A stretch of DNA of 64,000 nt, from assembly GCA_043228905.1 (NCBI GenBank), contig JBHGNT010000003.1, positions 22,568,001 to 22,632,000 of the forward strand. Reading direction: 5' to 3'. The translations under genes were made by a program, and so were the position numbers. The notes under the pieces were generated by a model. That model was not told the origin of the DNA. It was given only the letters and a program-made list of their open reading frames with translations, and searched no databases. The DNA is from Azolla caroliniana (lineage: Eukaryota > Plantae > Polypodiophyta). This document shows, piece by piece, positions 36,778-50,614 of the stretch; the stretch's first letter is position 1; each line of letters begins with the position of its first letter.

Positions 36778-37999
36778 GTTCCAACTTTACACCACATATT
36801 ATTTTACATAAAATATGGATCCTACCATTTAAAACCATTATTTGTGAATTCGCATGGATTATTGTCCGAGGTTTGGGAATGTGTGAGTGGATAAATAACT
36901 ACTTTTAATCTAGGTCAAATGATGGAGAAACGTCTCTTTCGAGAAGCTTAATTAGGCATTATTTCTAAAATTAGGTCTACGTAGGTGATTGTATACGAGC
37001 CAACCTTCCGGTATCTCTTGCTCGAAGTAAGTATAATACATGCCTCACTTGTTGCATGACTATTTGGGGTATAATAATCTATGCAAGACACAAAAACTTC
37101 ACAATTACAAAACCTACGTTGAGGAAGGCACGTGTGCGCCTAAAGAGACGTGCAAAATCAACAACCTCAATACTAACTTCAATATATAGGTGCATATCAT
37201 GATATCTGGTTAGTGCACTCAATTTCTACGAAGGAGGTGAAGTGGGCACACACTTTGACAGGTATACCACTTTGATGCAATAAATTATTTCTTATATTTG
37301 TAAATCTACTTTCATTGGATGCATCTCCACGCGAGGTGTTTATTACGTTTGAAATCGCTAGAACAAATCAAGGCATTGTATAACATCCTTGCATTGTGAA
37401 CACAAAAGGCAAAGGCAAACAATATGTGATTTGTTTGTTTCCATATTTAATGAACATGGTTATTAACATGATACATAACATGCATCGACATGCTTTTGGG
37501 AAAATATGGAGAATGTCGGTAGCAAATGTGTTATGCATTCATATAGCATAATTGAATAGGTAATCATCTCACAAGGCAAGCACAAATTTTGGTTATGGAA
37601 AAGTGGGACTCTCATTATGATGTCCACAATAACTTATATGGTGGACAATCATTTGTCTATGATTCAAATACAATGTCAATGGATTAGGCAAAAGGTGGGT
37701 AAAATCTTACCACCATAAGAAAAGGCATTTAGGTGTAAAAGGGCAAAAAGATCCTTAATATTTCAAGCATGATTTTCCAAAATATGACCCCCACTTGTAC
37801 AAGTATGTGAATGTCGTATACCCAATATTGTTTCCAATTGTGTGTGTGTGTGTGTGTTATAATTTATATTTAAGAGAGCATAAGATTACAATATTTCAAG
37901 AAGTAAACCGAAGTGACAAATAATGTTATTAATTAGTGTGTGTTTGTGGCATATACACATGCTCGTGTTAGTTGAAAGGCAACACCAACAAACTATGAT

Positions 38000-39050
38000 A
38001 TCACATGCATCACATTATTACAATGTAGTCATGATTATCTTGTTTAAAACTATTTTTTTTAGTCTCGATGGACAAGTAATTCCTTTACTCAAATCTATAG
38101 AATGCTCAATCTTTGTCCTCCCAAGGATGTTAAAATGTCATAAGCACCTTTGGTTTTTTCTCTCTTGGTTGTCTTTCCCATCATTTAGTTCAAAGCTACC
38201 ATGTTACCCAACTTCCATCCATCTTCTATCATATAATGCCTGTTTGCAATTTGATTGCTACACATGTCAATGACTCTCCTCTTTATATATCAAAATTTAC
38301 GAGCTTTCTACCTATGGTTATTTTCACACTAACTCTAATTGAGGAGGTGTCACTTTTAAGTATATTTTCCATAGAAAGGTGTCATTATTTACCATATCAG
38401 GGTATAAACATGGTGTAAAACAATACTATCTCCCACATCTCTTTAACACATTTATGCTTTTTCCCTCCTCTTTTCGTGACCAATCATCAAAACAAAAGTT
38501 TACGTTTATTCCACCCATAAGGTTTTTCTACCAAGGGTACCCCATCAATATTGCAAATGATGGGATTGAAGGTACACAAACACATGTTTTTTTCCTTAGT
38601 CTACCTACCATGAATGGATCTTCTAAACTAGAAGAGTTCTTATTCGAGAAAGACATTTTATTCCTTCCCCAAGCAAGTGTAGTGTGAATGTGGACGTAAA
38701 AAGTTTATTATTTGTAGAGTTTATGAGTCATGACCATGAATTTCTAAAGGTTCTACCAACCTTAAATAATTGTTTTTATCATTTCAATAAGGTAAAGTAT
38801 AATATATATTGGAATTAAGTGATATCAAACGCAATATGTGTTGTGATGTCTATTGTGCAAGGGTTTCCTATTGTTTTTTTTCAAAATAAGTGTGCTATGA
38901 TTCCTGGCTACCTAGAAAGATTGTATAGGAAAAAAAACATACGACAAATTTGCCTTCAAAGAAACATAGTAAAGAAGCCTAGTTTGGTGCCCATTATTAC
39001 AAGATACCCGTGATTATCTCGTTTACTACTAAATCCTTACTACCTTACGT
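38000..39050 (-). mobile_element. Heavily decayed L1-like reverse transcriptase remnant
   Basis: Broken minus-strand peptides near 39010-38940 (NNGHQT..F...*RQIC) recall the RT NG...RQG region. Highly degenerate. Confidence 0.3.
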
Positions 39051-39502
39051 GTGTATTGATATGTACTTCCATGTCTATAATACCATTGTTTATTGTGGCA
39101 TATAAAATGCCTATGTTAGTTGAAAAACAATAGAATTGATGATAGTATGCGAAAGAGATGAGTAATTCGATAAGCATCGGAGGGAGATCTGGCCGTTCCT
39201 CAAGTACTTTCTAGGTGCGAATGAATCCATGGCATGTGTCCAAACCTTCACATGTGGAACCTAGTCAAAAGATCAATAATCTTGGGCCACATCGATCGAG
39301 GCTATTCACATACATTTTCTCCCTTGCTTCCTAAACCATAGAAAAGGAATCAACAATAGAACTGATTTAAAAATCATAACAATATGGGTAATAAATTCCT
39401 CCCCCGAAAACAAATGAATTTTAATTATTAAAATGAATAAGTAAAATAGATGTGACGCCCGTTTTCATGATTAAATTTGATAAATGCTAGCCTTACATGA
39501 TA

Positions 39503-39532
39503 GACACGTGAAAATTTTATTTTCCACGTGTC
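39503..39532. promoter_or_regulatory. Inverted pair of G-box/ABRE motifs upstream of the CCCH gene
   Basis: gacacgtg-N14-cacgtgtc about 1.2 kb upstream of the ATG at 40743. Could equally be a MITE remnant. Confidence 0.3.
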
Positions 39533-40255
39533 ATATTTGGATTAGGCACAAATCCCTTCATTGTCTCCTGAGGAAAGACATTTTTGCGAAACCACCTTGT
39601 GATGATAAGTGGTATTGCAAACCTTTGGAAGGCGGTTTTGAAGAAATTGAATTTACTTACTCAATTTTGCCTAAAAACAAAAACAAATTGATGAGAAACC
39701 AGGAGAGCTAGAAATTAAAGAACTTACGGAAATTATGTATGTATATGAAATAGGATTCACAAAACAGGCTTTTATCCATTTTAATTTAACTTTAAAAAAT
39801 CAAATATTAAGAAATAAAAAATGTGTCTTACTCATAATTAAAAAAAGGAGTTAGATAATGATTACAATTATTGTGATAAATTAATAGTTTATTTTTAAAT
39901 ACTTTCGATTAATCTGCTAATGAGTCTTCTTTTATTTAGTTCTCAAAATGATCTTTGACACTATGTATTCAAATAGAAAAAATAATTTAACTAATTCATA
40001 GTTAATATTGATTATTAGTTTAAATAATTAAAAGTTGAGTAAGAAAAGAGCAATTTTTTTACTAGGAAATAAATTTTGAAAAATAAATAAAATGGCGATA
40101 ATAATTTATTGATATGGGAAAGGTTGAACGTAGATATTTGATTAAATAATTAATATACATAATAAAGTTTTTAATTTTATTAATTGTTTTTTTTTTTTAC
40201 CCCGAGCTCCTTCTCCTTCTCCGAAAGGCGTCTTTTTGAGAGACAGAGGAGAGTG

Positions 40256-40287
<32 letters not shown>

Positions 40288-40742
40288 GCAGAGCTCGCTT
40301 TTCCGCCATAGCCAGAAACAAGCAAAACCAAGGAAAGAAGCTTCTCCTTCTCCGACATTCTATATCTTCATTTCATCTTCGAACTTCCAGTAGATTCGTT
40401 CGTCATCTCCTTTTTTCTATCTTCCCTAATTTTGATTTCTTCGATCTTCCGTAGATTCGTTTCTTCATCGATCTTTCATAGCTTATTTCTTCTTCCTCTT
40501 CTTTTTCGATCTTCCATCGCTTCATTCTTCATCTTCGATCTTTCGTAGGTTATTCTTCATTCTTCGATCTATTTTCATCTCTATTCTTCTTCTTCATTCT
40601 CCACTTTTCTTCGATCTTCTATGATTCCATTCTTCTTCACACTTCTATTTTGATATTCTTCGTCGATCTTCGATAGCTCCACTCTTCTTTTTCTTTATCC
40701 TCTTAATTGTGCTGAGATCATCGATCGACTCTTCCATGTCTC

Positions 40743-43700
40743 ATGGAATATATGAGCTCTCCTTATTCTGCCCTTGATTCTTCCTCAATCTCCGCAGAAT
40801 GGATTCATCAGCAGAATCAGCAGAATTATCCACTGAATCAACAGAGTTATCAAGAGAATCCTCATCAGAATCAACAGATTATGCAGATGATTCCTGTTCC
40901 TGCAGAGATTGGATTAGAAGGTGAGAAATTAAAACCCTAAGATAAGTCATCTCTGTCGATCTTTCATCTCAATGTATTTGGTAATTTGATGTGCAGAATT
41001 TCTGTAAATTTGATGTTTTTGAATGTAATTGGTTAACTTTTCTAATTGTTCAACTTTTTATTCTTGTAATGCGATTGATTTGTTCCACAAGTTACCAGTA
41101 AATATGATGTTTTTGATTAATGATCGTCTGACAGTTGATGTATTTAATGACATACTTTATTATTTTCAACCACTTTCCATGTATGTTGAGTCGGATTGAC
41201 GTCTTCAATTACTATTTGTGTGTACTTTGATGTATTTGACAAACTATTTATATTCAATATAGTATTTGACTGTCCTAACTTGACATATTTGATACACTGT
41301 TTGTGAGTAATTCGATGTATTTGATCATCTATTTGTAATTTCCAAATCTTTTTCAGTATTTTAATATATCTGCCCAACTATTTGCCTGTAATTTGATGTG
41401 CCTGACCACTTGTCTATAATTTGATGTTATTTTATCAACTATTTATCTGTGAGAAATACTCACGTAAAGAATGACTTGATTTCAATTGTCCAATTCCTTA
41501 ATCTCAATGCTTTTCTCCTTTATCTCATCAATGAAAGCCATTCAATTGGATCCATTTGAAATTTGGAGCCTTCAATGGATTGATTCGAAGTTTTTTTTAA
41601 AACTTCAATGTTTCAATGAACTTAATGGAACAATTCCTTCCAAATTTCAAACCTTTTCATTTTTATTATTTTTGAGGAATTTCCTTTGAAACTTTGAAGA
41701 TCTTTTTGTTTTAACGGATGCTCATTGTTGTCAAATCTTCAATGGATTGTTCGGAAGGAGTAAATATCCTTTGTAAGAACTGGTAATCTATAGTTTGAGA
41801 AGCCTAGTTTGAATAGTTTCATGCAAATCCTAGTTGCCTTCGTTAGAACTTAACGCTGGTAGATGGGTAGTCTATCGTTTTGAGGAGCCAAGTTTGAACA
41901 GTTTTACGCAAAGCTTATATTTGAGAACCCTAGTTTGAATAGTTTTATGTAAAGCTTATATTTGAAGCAGTCTATTGTTTTGAATAATTATGAAAAGCCT
42001 ATTTTTGAGGAAGAAATTATTCTGGTAGCATTGTATTGAGAGGCCTAGTTTTGAATAGTTTTAATCTAAAGCCTACGTTCAAAGATGAAGTTAGTAGATC
42101 TCTTCTTAATAAGTACATGATATTTTTGTCAAATTTGTCGACCTCTATTTCTAATTAATATTTTTTCTGATTTCTTTTATTGTGATTATACCCAATAACA
42201 ATGCATTTTGTTAAATTTGTCGATATCTTTTTCTAATTAAGAGTTTCTTTGACGTTTTTATTGTGATTATACTTATAACTTCTATCTCTCTTTCACTCTC
42301 TGCCTTGTACGTTAATTCATAATGCATAATACATTTGACGGTGAATCACATTATGCATTTGAAGTTTCTACGAATCAGTTTGAAAGATTCCTTTAAGGTT
42401 TCCATGGATTGTTTTGGAGGAATATCCCTTGATTTGGTTTGTGCACATTGTGCTGGTTAAACATTCGACGGATTGTTTTGAAAGAATATAATAAATTCAT
42501 TCAGTTGAATGTGTTCTCATTGTGTTCAAAATTTCAGTAGAGTGTTCGAAAGGAGGATTCCTTTTGTTAAAGGTGGTTAAAAGCTTCAATGGATTCATTC
42601 TGAAAGAACATTCTTTTTGTTAAAAGGTGGTTAAAAGCTTCAATGGATTCATTCGAAAAGAACATTCTTTCATTAGATGTGTATACCCTCAATGGTCTAG
42701 ATTGAAGGGAATTATATTCATTTTGTTTGACATGTTCTCATGGTGGTTAAATCTTTAATTGATTGTTTTGAATAGCATTCCTCATGATGCATGTGTTCTC
42801 ATTGGGGTTAGTTAGACCTTGAATGGATTGTTTTAAAGAAGCATTTTTGTTTGAGTGTTAAAATTTGTGAATCTTCAGAAGCAATGTGGGGGATGTCACT
42901 TGGGCAACCACTCGAAGGAATGGATGCTCAATATTATCCCAATCAGTATCCTGAACGTCCTGATGAGCCGGATTGCTCTTATTACATGCGAACAGGAGTA
43001 TGCGGTTTTGGGGCTAATTGTAAATTTAACCATCCACCCAGTCGTAGATTTGTAAGTGCTTTCTTCCAATTTTCTTGAAATGGTTATGTTTGAAGAATGT
43101 GATGAATTTGTGCTTTTTTCAAATTTGATTGATATGACATAATTTGTTTTGCTTTTAATGATGCACAATATAAGGAAAACTTATTGTGGGCCTTTATATT
43201 TAGGGATATGTCCATATGATTCTACCTATTTTAACATGGTGCATACTTCTTCGTAATGCTGACAATAAGGAATCTGATATGCTGGCTATACACACAGGTT
43301 TATTGTGGGCCTTTATATTTAGGGATATGTCCATATGATTCTACCTATTTTAACATGGTGCATACTTCTTCGTAATGCTGACAATAAGGAATCTGATATG
43401 CTGGCTATACACACAGGTTTATTGTGGGCCTTTATATTTAGGGATATGTCCATATTATTCTACCTATTTTAACATGGTGCATACTTCTCCGTAATGCTGG
43501 CAATAAGGAATCTGATATGCTGGCTATAGGCTGTTGTATTTTATGTTGTAGTGCTCTTGTCATTATGGCTAGTTTTAATAGTGTATGCTGACAAATGCCC
43601 GTTTTAATGTGTACTAAAAGGAAATGAGATTCTTAGCCTTGCATTACGGTGAAGTTATGCTTCATCGGCTTCATTATTTAGGGATGCGTTCAAAAAATTT

Positions 43701-45373
43701 AGCTAGTTTAACATGGTGTATGCTTGTTTCCATTGCTCTCGATACGGAAATTTGATATGCTGGGTATGCATGGATATTTTATGCCGTGATGATTTTGGCT
43801 AGGAATTTTAACATTGTATATATTAACCCTTATCTGTAATGATAATTATAAGGAATTTCAATATGGTTAGATACGTTATGTCAAAAGATTGCTTCAGATT
43901 CAGGTACGGGCATTGAAATAATGTCAACGTTCCAACATGTTGGATATTAACCCTTGTTTAATGTCATATTCACCGGAAGACAATCAAATGGATTATGCAG
44001 AAGCTCTTTACTTTTGAGTTGAGTATGGGCGCCAACATGGTTGTCAATGTGCCTGTAATACTTTGTGATATGTTAAATTGTGATTGTTGGTAGTTTTAAC
44101 ATGGTGCATATTAATCCTTGCTTAAAAAAATCTCTGAATACAGTGTTTCCATGGAACTTGGTAATTAAAATCATGTGTTTCTGCATACATTGAGTGACAA
44201 GTGGGAACTTTCCAGTTCACAAATCGGGGTGTTGGTGGTGAATATCCAGAGAGACATGGACAACCAGAATGTCAAGTAAGTAGTTTTTCATTAGAACTAG
44301 TGTTCATGTTCCATACTCAATCTATAGAATCCAACAATTATGTTAACATTGTTAAAAAAACCTAAATATTATATGTGCATATATAATCTTAATTAGGATT
44401 CAAGCAATACTAGTAAGGCTAGGGTTGGGCTCAATAGCACGTGGATGGATGGGTTTGTGCATGCAGAGTTTGGATAGCTATCGTGTGGAGCATATGCCTA
44501 TTAGCCGTTTAATGTTAGCTGTGCATGTCTTTTTTACCGACTCCTGTTGTGTAACAATAATTAGAAATGGATATAAAATTTCTTATACTTGTTATTTTCC
44601 AAATTACTATCTTATACATGCAGTACTATCTGAAAACTGGTAATTGCAAGTTTGGACCATCGTGTAAATTTCATCATCCACGTGAAAAAGCTGGAACTGC
44701 TGGGCGAGCTCAACTCAATGCTCTCAATCTACCTTTGCGTCCGGTAAAAACTATGGAAGATTATGAATGATATGATTTAAAATATTGTTTGCGGTAGAAA
44801 TGTTTTCTGGCGTTTTATCAAAAGCAAAGAATAGCTCAATAAAAAACTCTAGACTAAATGAAGCCTAAAATAACAAATCCTTCTATTTGAGGAATTCACA
44901 AATCATAATTTACCAACCCATTTCTGGTTTTCAAAAGCTATAAAAACCTAAATATAACCCTTATTGTGCTTCTATAATTAAACAAGTCTGAGAGGCAATT
45001 CCATGCTTTTCGTTTCTGGATTATACATTCCAAACAATACTTACAGCGATTTGTTTTTGGGGTTTGTGGGCTTCTGTTGGATCAGGGCGAGAAGGATTGT
45101 GCATACTATATGAGAACAGGAGGGTGCAAATATGGAGTAACATGCAAATTCCATCACCCACCTCCAATGTTGTCTATTCAAGGCTCAGCCCTGATGTTTC
45201 CTGGATCATCCGCAAACTCTTCGCAAATTCCTCACCAAACGTATCCCAGCCTCTCGGGTTGGTCAATCCATAGGTCCCCCTATTTGCCCTCTCCTGGTCC
45301 CTCGGATTTCACGCCAATTCTTATTCCTTCTCCCCAGGTCCCTATACCCTCATGGAATCCTTATTCTGTAAGT

Positions 45374-45409
<36 letters not shown>

Positions 45410-48400
45410 TTCTCTCTCTCTGCAAACTCTCACATCGGTGTTTGGGGTCATTCCTGAAATGGTCTATTTTAACCTGTTCAAAAGGACAAAATGAAATATG
45501 ACACCAAAAAGAGAAAGTGTAGAATGTTTTTAATGCAAAGACGGGCGCGTTGGGGTTTGTAAAATATAAAGGGGAGTAGGTTACAATTTCCTAATTATAT
45601 TCTTTCTAATCCCTTATTCAGAAAGTTTGATTCTCTAGTTCTAAATGCAGCATAATATATTCTTTCTATCGTTCAGCTTGAAGTGTGAAAAATTAGATAT
45701 TGTTTAGAATCCTTCTTGCGTGAGTCCAAATATGATGTTCTTAATGCTTCATACGTCAGGACATAGAAATACAGAATTGAACTTAGTGGATGAGGATAAG
45801 ATATTTGTTTCTGATCCTTATCCACCAAGTTTAACTCTGTATTCTAATGTCCTGATATATGAAACCTAGCATAATATGTCCTGTTTAATCTTACATCTGA
45901 ATATGATATATACCTAGCATAATATGTCCTATTTAATCTTACATCTGAACATTATATATACCTAGCATAATATGTCCTATCTGAACATGATATATCGCCT
46001 GCATTCAAGACATAATTGAATACGGATTGGACACACTAACTAATAGCTTCAAATTATGCATTGTATGCAAGTTTCCAAAGTCAACTATTTATAGTGTACT
46101 ATATCTTATTATTTACATAAGTATATTCGTCTGATCTATTATGTTTTTGCTGTTATGTATTATAGATTACTTATCTACTTAAAATTCAATCATACAATTC
46201 ATAGAGAACAGCATTAATATATGTGTGCTTGAGTGGCCCAATTAATTTGTGGGTGGATGTATGAAGCCTATATCTATTGGATAAGTGGCATGATCCAATA
46301 TAGATTCACGTAATAATTCTTTGTAATCTGGATAGTGTTTACTCTTTCTTTCTTAGTTCTGCATGCACAATTATATTTCTTGAATTAAAAAAAAAAAAGC
46401 TGGGATATGGACTGCCAAAAACGAATGCAACTATTTGCATATTTCTCAATAAAGATTAGCCTTGGAATACTAAAGTGTTTTAACTTTAGAATGTTTAGTA
46501 TTAGCTATGACATATGCTCAACTGTACAATATTTAGTTTTATGATAGTGTATGTTTGTCTCCACAATGCTTAGTATTAGCTATAAACTAATACTGTACAT
46601 CAACTTTATCATGTTTTGTATTAACAATGAGCTACTAATTGTTCAGATTTATAATGTTAGTACTTCTGTTATGGTAGTGTTTGATCTTTGACCTCGATTT
46701 TTAAAATGTTTGTAAATATCACCTAGATTAAAATTATTAGTCTTGGGGATATGTACTAGCATTCATAGAATATTATGATCGTACTGTTCCTGTCATACGG
46801 ACAAGGATTGAAATGTCTTTCAATGCCTATTGGAGCGCTCGCCCAGGGCTTGGTAGCTGGCTGCACTGCATCTCCTGCTGCAGAGACCTGAAATTGCATG
46901 CATCTCCCTAGAATGGAATGCTCTTCAACACACAATGCAATACTGAACGATCTCAATAGCCAATTGTGAGTGTTTCTTTATAGCTTGCATTTTGGAGAGA
47001 GTCTCTTTAAAGCTCAAATCTAATATTAATGGGAAAGGAATCTATGGAGGATTTCGGAGCCAATTGTGAGTGTTTCTTTAAAGCTTGCATTGTGGGCATA
47101 GATGATTCTTCATGGGTGGGATCTACGTGGCCAGTTCCTCCAACAGTCGCAACTGCCTGCACATCCATGCAGTTCCAAAACCCATCCTTACATTACATGT
47201 CTAGCTCGCTGTTGGGGTTTTTGAACATGCCTCAATTACTGCCACATCTGGTGAGCCACCCTGAACTTTTCTGAGCAGTTGGCTAGATAAAGCCTTCTGT
47301 ATTATGAACCCTTCAGTTTCCCACATCCGGATTTCCATACCATTGTTGGACAGCTGCAATAGTTTGTGAACGTAAGGATGGCTGTAAGCGGACATGTCCT
47401 CCTGGATTCACAACCATGCAGTTCCTAAACCCATCCTTACATTACATGTCTAGCTCACTGTTGGGGTTTTTCAACATGTCTCAATTACTGCCACATCTGG
47501 TGAGCCAGCCTGAACTTCTCTGAGCAGATGGCTAGATAAAGCCTTCTGTATTATGAACCCTTCAGTTTCCCACATCCGGATTTCATTACCATTGTTGGAC
47601 AGTTGCAATAGTTCGTGAGTGTAAGAATGGCTGGATGCGAACATGTCCTCCCAGATTAGATTGAGCTCTGATCCATCCTGTTCGTATGTTGGAGTGATAT
47701 ACTGCCTGTTATAGGACTTGTGTGGCCATTTTGAAGTACTAGAGTTCTTCCGGTACTTCTCAGACCAAGGCACCATCGTTTTGATCCTCCTTTGTGAGGG
47801 TAAGATGGGGGAAGTTCATGTTCCACTTACACCATAAAATTTTTGTTCTTAAATAGAAGTTCATAGATCCTGATTGGGCCTGTATCGTGCTATCGCCTTG
47901 ATATTCTTCCAGGATTGCTATCCCTCCTGCTCAATGGCTCCAACTTCCTCTATTGAGCGTTGGTGCTATATTTTAAAAGTTGGTATAAAATTTTGCGTAT
48001 TCATCCCACTGCTTTGGAAATTGTCATTGCACCACCTCCTTTACCTGAAGATCTTCCTTCAGGCATTGAAAGTTGAAGTCCCAATGCCATATCCTAACTT
48101 TTAGATCCAGGATTCCATCTTCCTCTCTCGAGTGCCTTTGCTAGGTCTTGTAGTGATTTTGTGCCTCCGTTGCGCTATGCTATATACCTCTTGTTCTTCT
48201 TCAGCTGATTGTAGGCGGATTCAAAATCTGGAAGGCTAGTATTTCTTGCTTTCGCCTCTTCTTGGCCTCTTGTGGTGCCTTAATTTGTAACTCCCACTCA
48301 ACCAATGCACACTCTAGCTTGCGAATGATTGATCTCCTTAAGTAGGTTGGTAGTTTCTCCAAGATCACGCCCCTTCCTGAGCTTTTGAGATGTCTTCAGT

Positions 48401-50614
48401 GGGAAATTCAAGGAGGATGTTGGAAGTGGGATGAGATGATAGCCCGTGGACTTTCTAAGGCCAGTTCCTTCAAATGCCACAAATGCCTTTTCTCTATTTG
48501 AGTAGTCACCACACCCTTCCTTTTATACATAATAACATGTCCGAAAAGGGACTAAAAAAATCCATATTTGGAACTCACTTGATACAATGACGTGTTTCAC
48601 CTAGAGACCATGAAGACAGTCTGTGACAATTGTTTCTCTCTCCTCACCAATTCTTTTATCGTATCATGAATGTTGAGTGACCTTGAGAAAGTCTTTTGAT
48701 AAATAAAAATATCATACTGTGTGTCTTATCTTTATTCCTCCTCGTCCTCCTAGCTGTCCTTATGAAATTATGGGTAATGGTTATCTGACAAAGGACTTAA
48801 AAAGAATAATATCTTGTGACATAGCAGAGAAGGTCTATTCTCCTACACTCATTTTGGTCACTGGAAATGGCAATATACCCAGTCAGCTCCCCATTAAAAG
48901 AAAAATGAAATTCTATGGGTGCCGAGGCTTATGTTTGCATAGTGTTCTTATTTGAAATAGCCCTTAGAAACACATCTAGTATGTTGAGAGCTCAAATATA
49001 GCCTTTGCATCCATCTTTGAGAGTTCAAGTCTAGTCTCCTACACTCACCTTGGTCACTGGAAATTGCAATATACTCAGTCAGCTCCCATTAAAAGAAAAA
49101 TGAAAGTCTATGGGAGTCGAGGTTCATCTTTGCATAATGTTTTTATTCGAAATATCCTGTAGAAACACATGAGAATGAGCGAAAGAATCAGTAAGAAAAA
49201 TTAGGAGAGAAAAACAAGCAGAAACACATTAGAGGGAGAACCAATAAGATAAATTAATGATACGTTGTGTATATTTGACAAGAACTATAAGAGAGAAAAG
49301 TGAGCACTATGCTATAAGTATTGACAAAGGACTAAATATCATGTTTGGGTATGTTTTAATTGAGATGCCAAATATGATCCACGGAACTCAGAAACAATGA
49401 AAAGCTTGATATATCTATAAGGAATGGAATCCTGTCATCTTATTCTCTATAGTAGTCTATATTCATGGTTGTGATAGCATTCTTATGCTAACTCTTGCTA
49501 GTTTTCTAGAAGACATTACAACTTGAATGTGTTGTAAATGAAAATGGCAAACTGTGACTTTATGATATACTTCTAGACCCCCTTTTCTAGTGTAAAAACA
49601 TTGTTTACAAATACAATTCACGTTTCACAGATCATAAAAATCATTTATAGACACATTCAGTTATCATATTTTCATCTTCGAAGTTCTTTATTCCCATGCT
49701 TCCAAATTCCAATAACTTTCAAATAGATGGCAATAAGCTAAGAGCATTTACAATAAATCTACAAGTATTTGTGTCCTCCATAGACAGGTTGATTAGAATA
49801 GGGGAGAACATTCAGCAATAACCTATGAGCATATAGAAGAACTAAAAATATTATGTGTGACTGCTGAAAAGGAATTTGATTAGAATGCAGGGTGAAAAAT
49901 TATCAGTAAGACTAACTGTACAAGAACAAATATCATGTGATGTTGAAAGAATGGATTGATGAGAATTGGTGGGTAAGATATTACTCCTGGAACAAATGAT
50001 CGTTTCTAGTTTTCCAGCTTTTTATACTATGAACGCTAGAATGCCCCAAAGTTTTCAGTAGCTTAGTACATTGCAGGGATATTCTAGTCATTGTCCAACA
50101 CTTAGCGGTATACCTTCTGGTAAATACTTGAGAAACTCTGGGTATTTTTCTTGGTTTTTGTATACTTTTTAATCTAGGTTTTTATAAAACGATAAATCTT
50201 TTTTAAAACAGGCAATGCTAAAAAGTCATTCTTTGGGCTATGTCTCATGATTGGATAGGTTTTTGTTGTGATGTAAAACAGGGAGGGCATGGCATCTTTT
50301 ACAATCGGTTTGGCCATTCCAAATATGACCACTCTTTGAATCCAAATGTATCAACTGCTTCTTATAGTATTACTCCAGCAATGCATTCTGTAAATGCCCC
50401 AATGATGCCTCAGTATTATTCAAGTTCCGTAGAGGAACGCCCAAACTCAGACTCCGGTAATGGCAGTGATGGCGATGATGACCTGTCGCATCCTTTGACT
50501 TCCACAAACACCGAAGGTCAAGATTCTTCGAGCAAGATAATGGAAGATGGAGCTCGGACATTGTCATCATCAAGCAGTGGACCATTCCCAGATATACAGC
50601 AAGGATCGAACTAA
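40743..50614 (+). CDS. CCCH zinc-finger RNA-binding protein (ZFN/C3H32/C3H58-like family), predicted join 40743-40920, 42879-43051, 44216-44275, 44624-44743, 45086-45367, 50282-50614 (~381 aa)
   Basis: [41 protein letters not shown]|[24 protein letters not shown]|[25 protein letters not shown] (C-x8-C-x5-C-x3-H). All introns are GT-AG and phase-compatible. The last exon is less certain. Confidence 0.88.
43181..43528. repeat. Intronic tandem repeat, 119 bp x ~3, near-identical
   Basis: ttattgtgggcctttatatttagggatatgtcc starts at 43181, 43300 and 43419. Confidence 0.95.
45748..45863. other. Intronic imperfect hairpin (~50-bp arms, ~14-nt loop)
   Basis: ttcatacgtcaggacatagaaatacagaattgaacttagtggatgaggat pairs with atccttatccaccaagtttaactctgtattctaatgtcctgatatatgaa. 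Confidence 0.8.
47165..47658. repeat. Tandem duplication, 249 bp x2, inside intron 5
   Basis: ccatgcagttcc.aaacccatccttacattacatgtctagctc at 47165 and 47414. Confidence 0.9.

Noticed and set aside
40240-40285. miR156/miR529 target site in the CCCH gene 5' region
   Set aside because: gtgctctctctc continues as pure (CT)n and lacks the ttctgtca end. The match is explained by the microsatellite.
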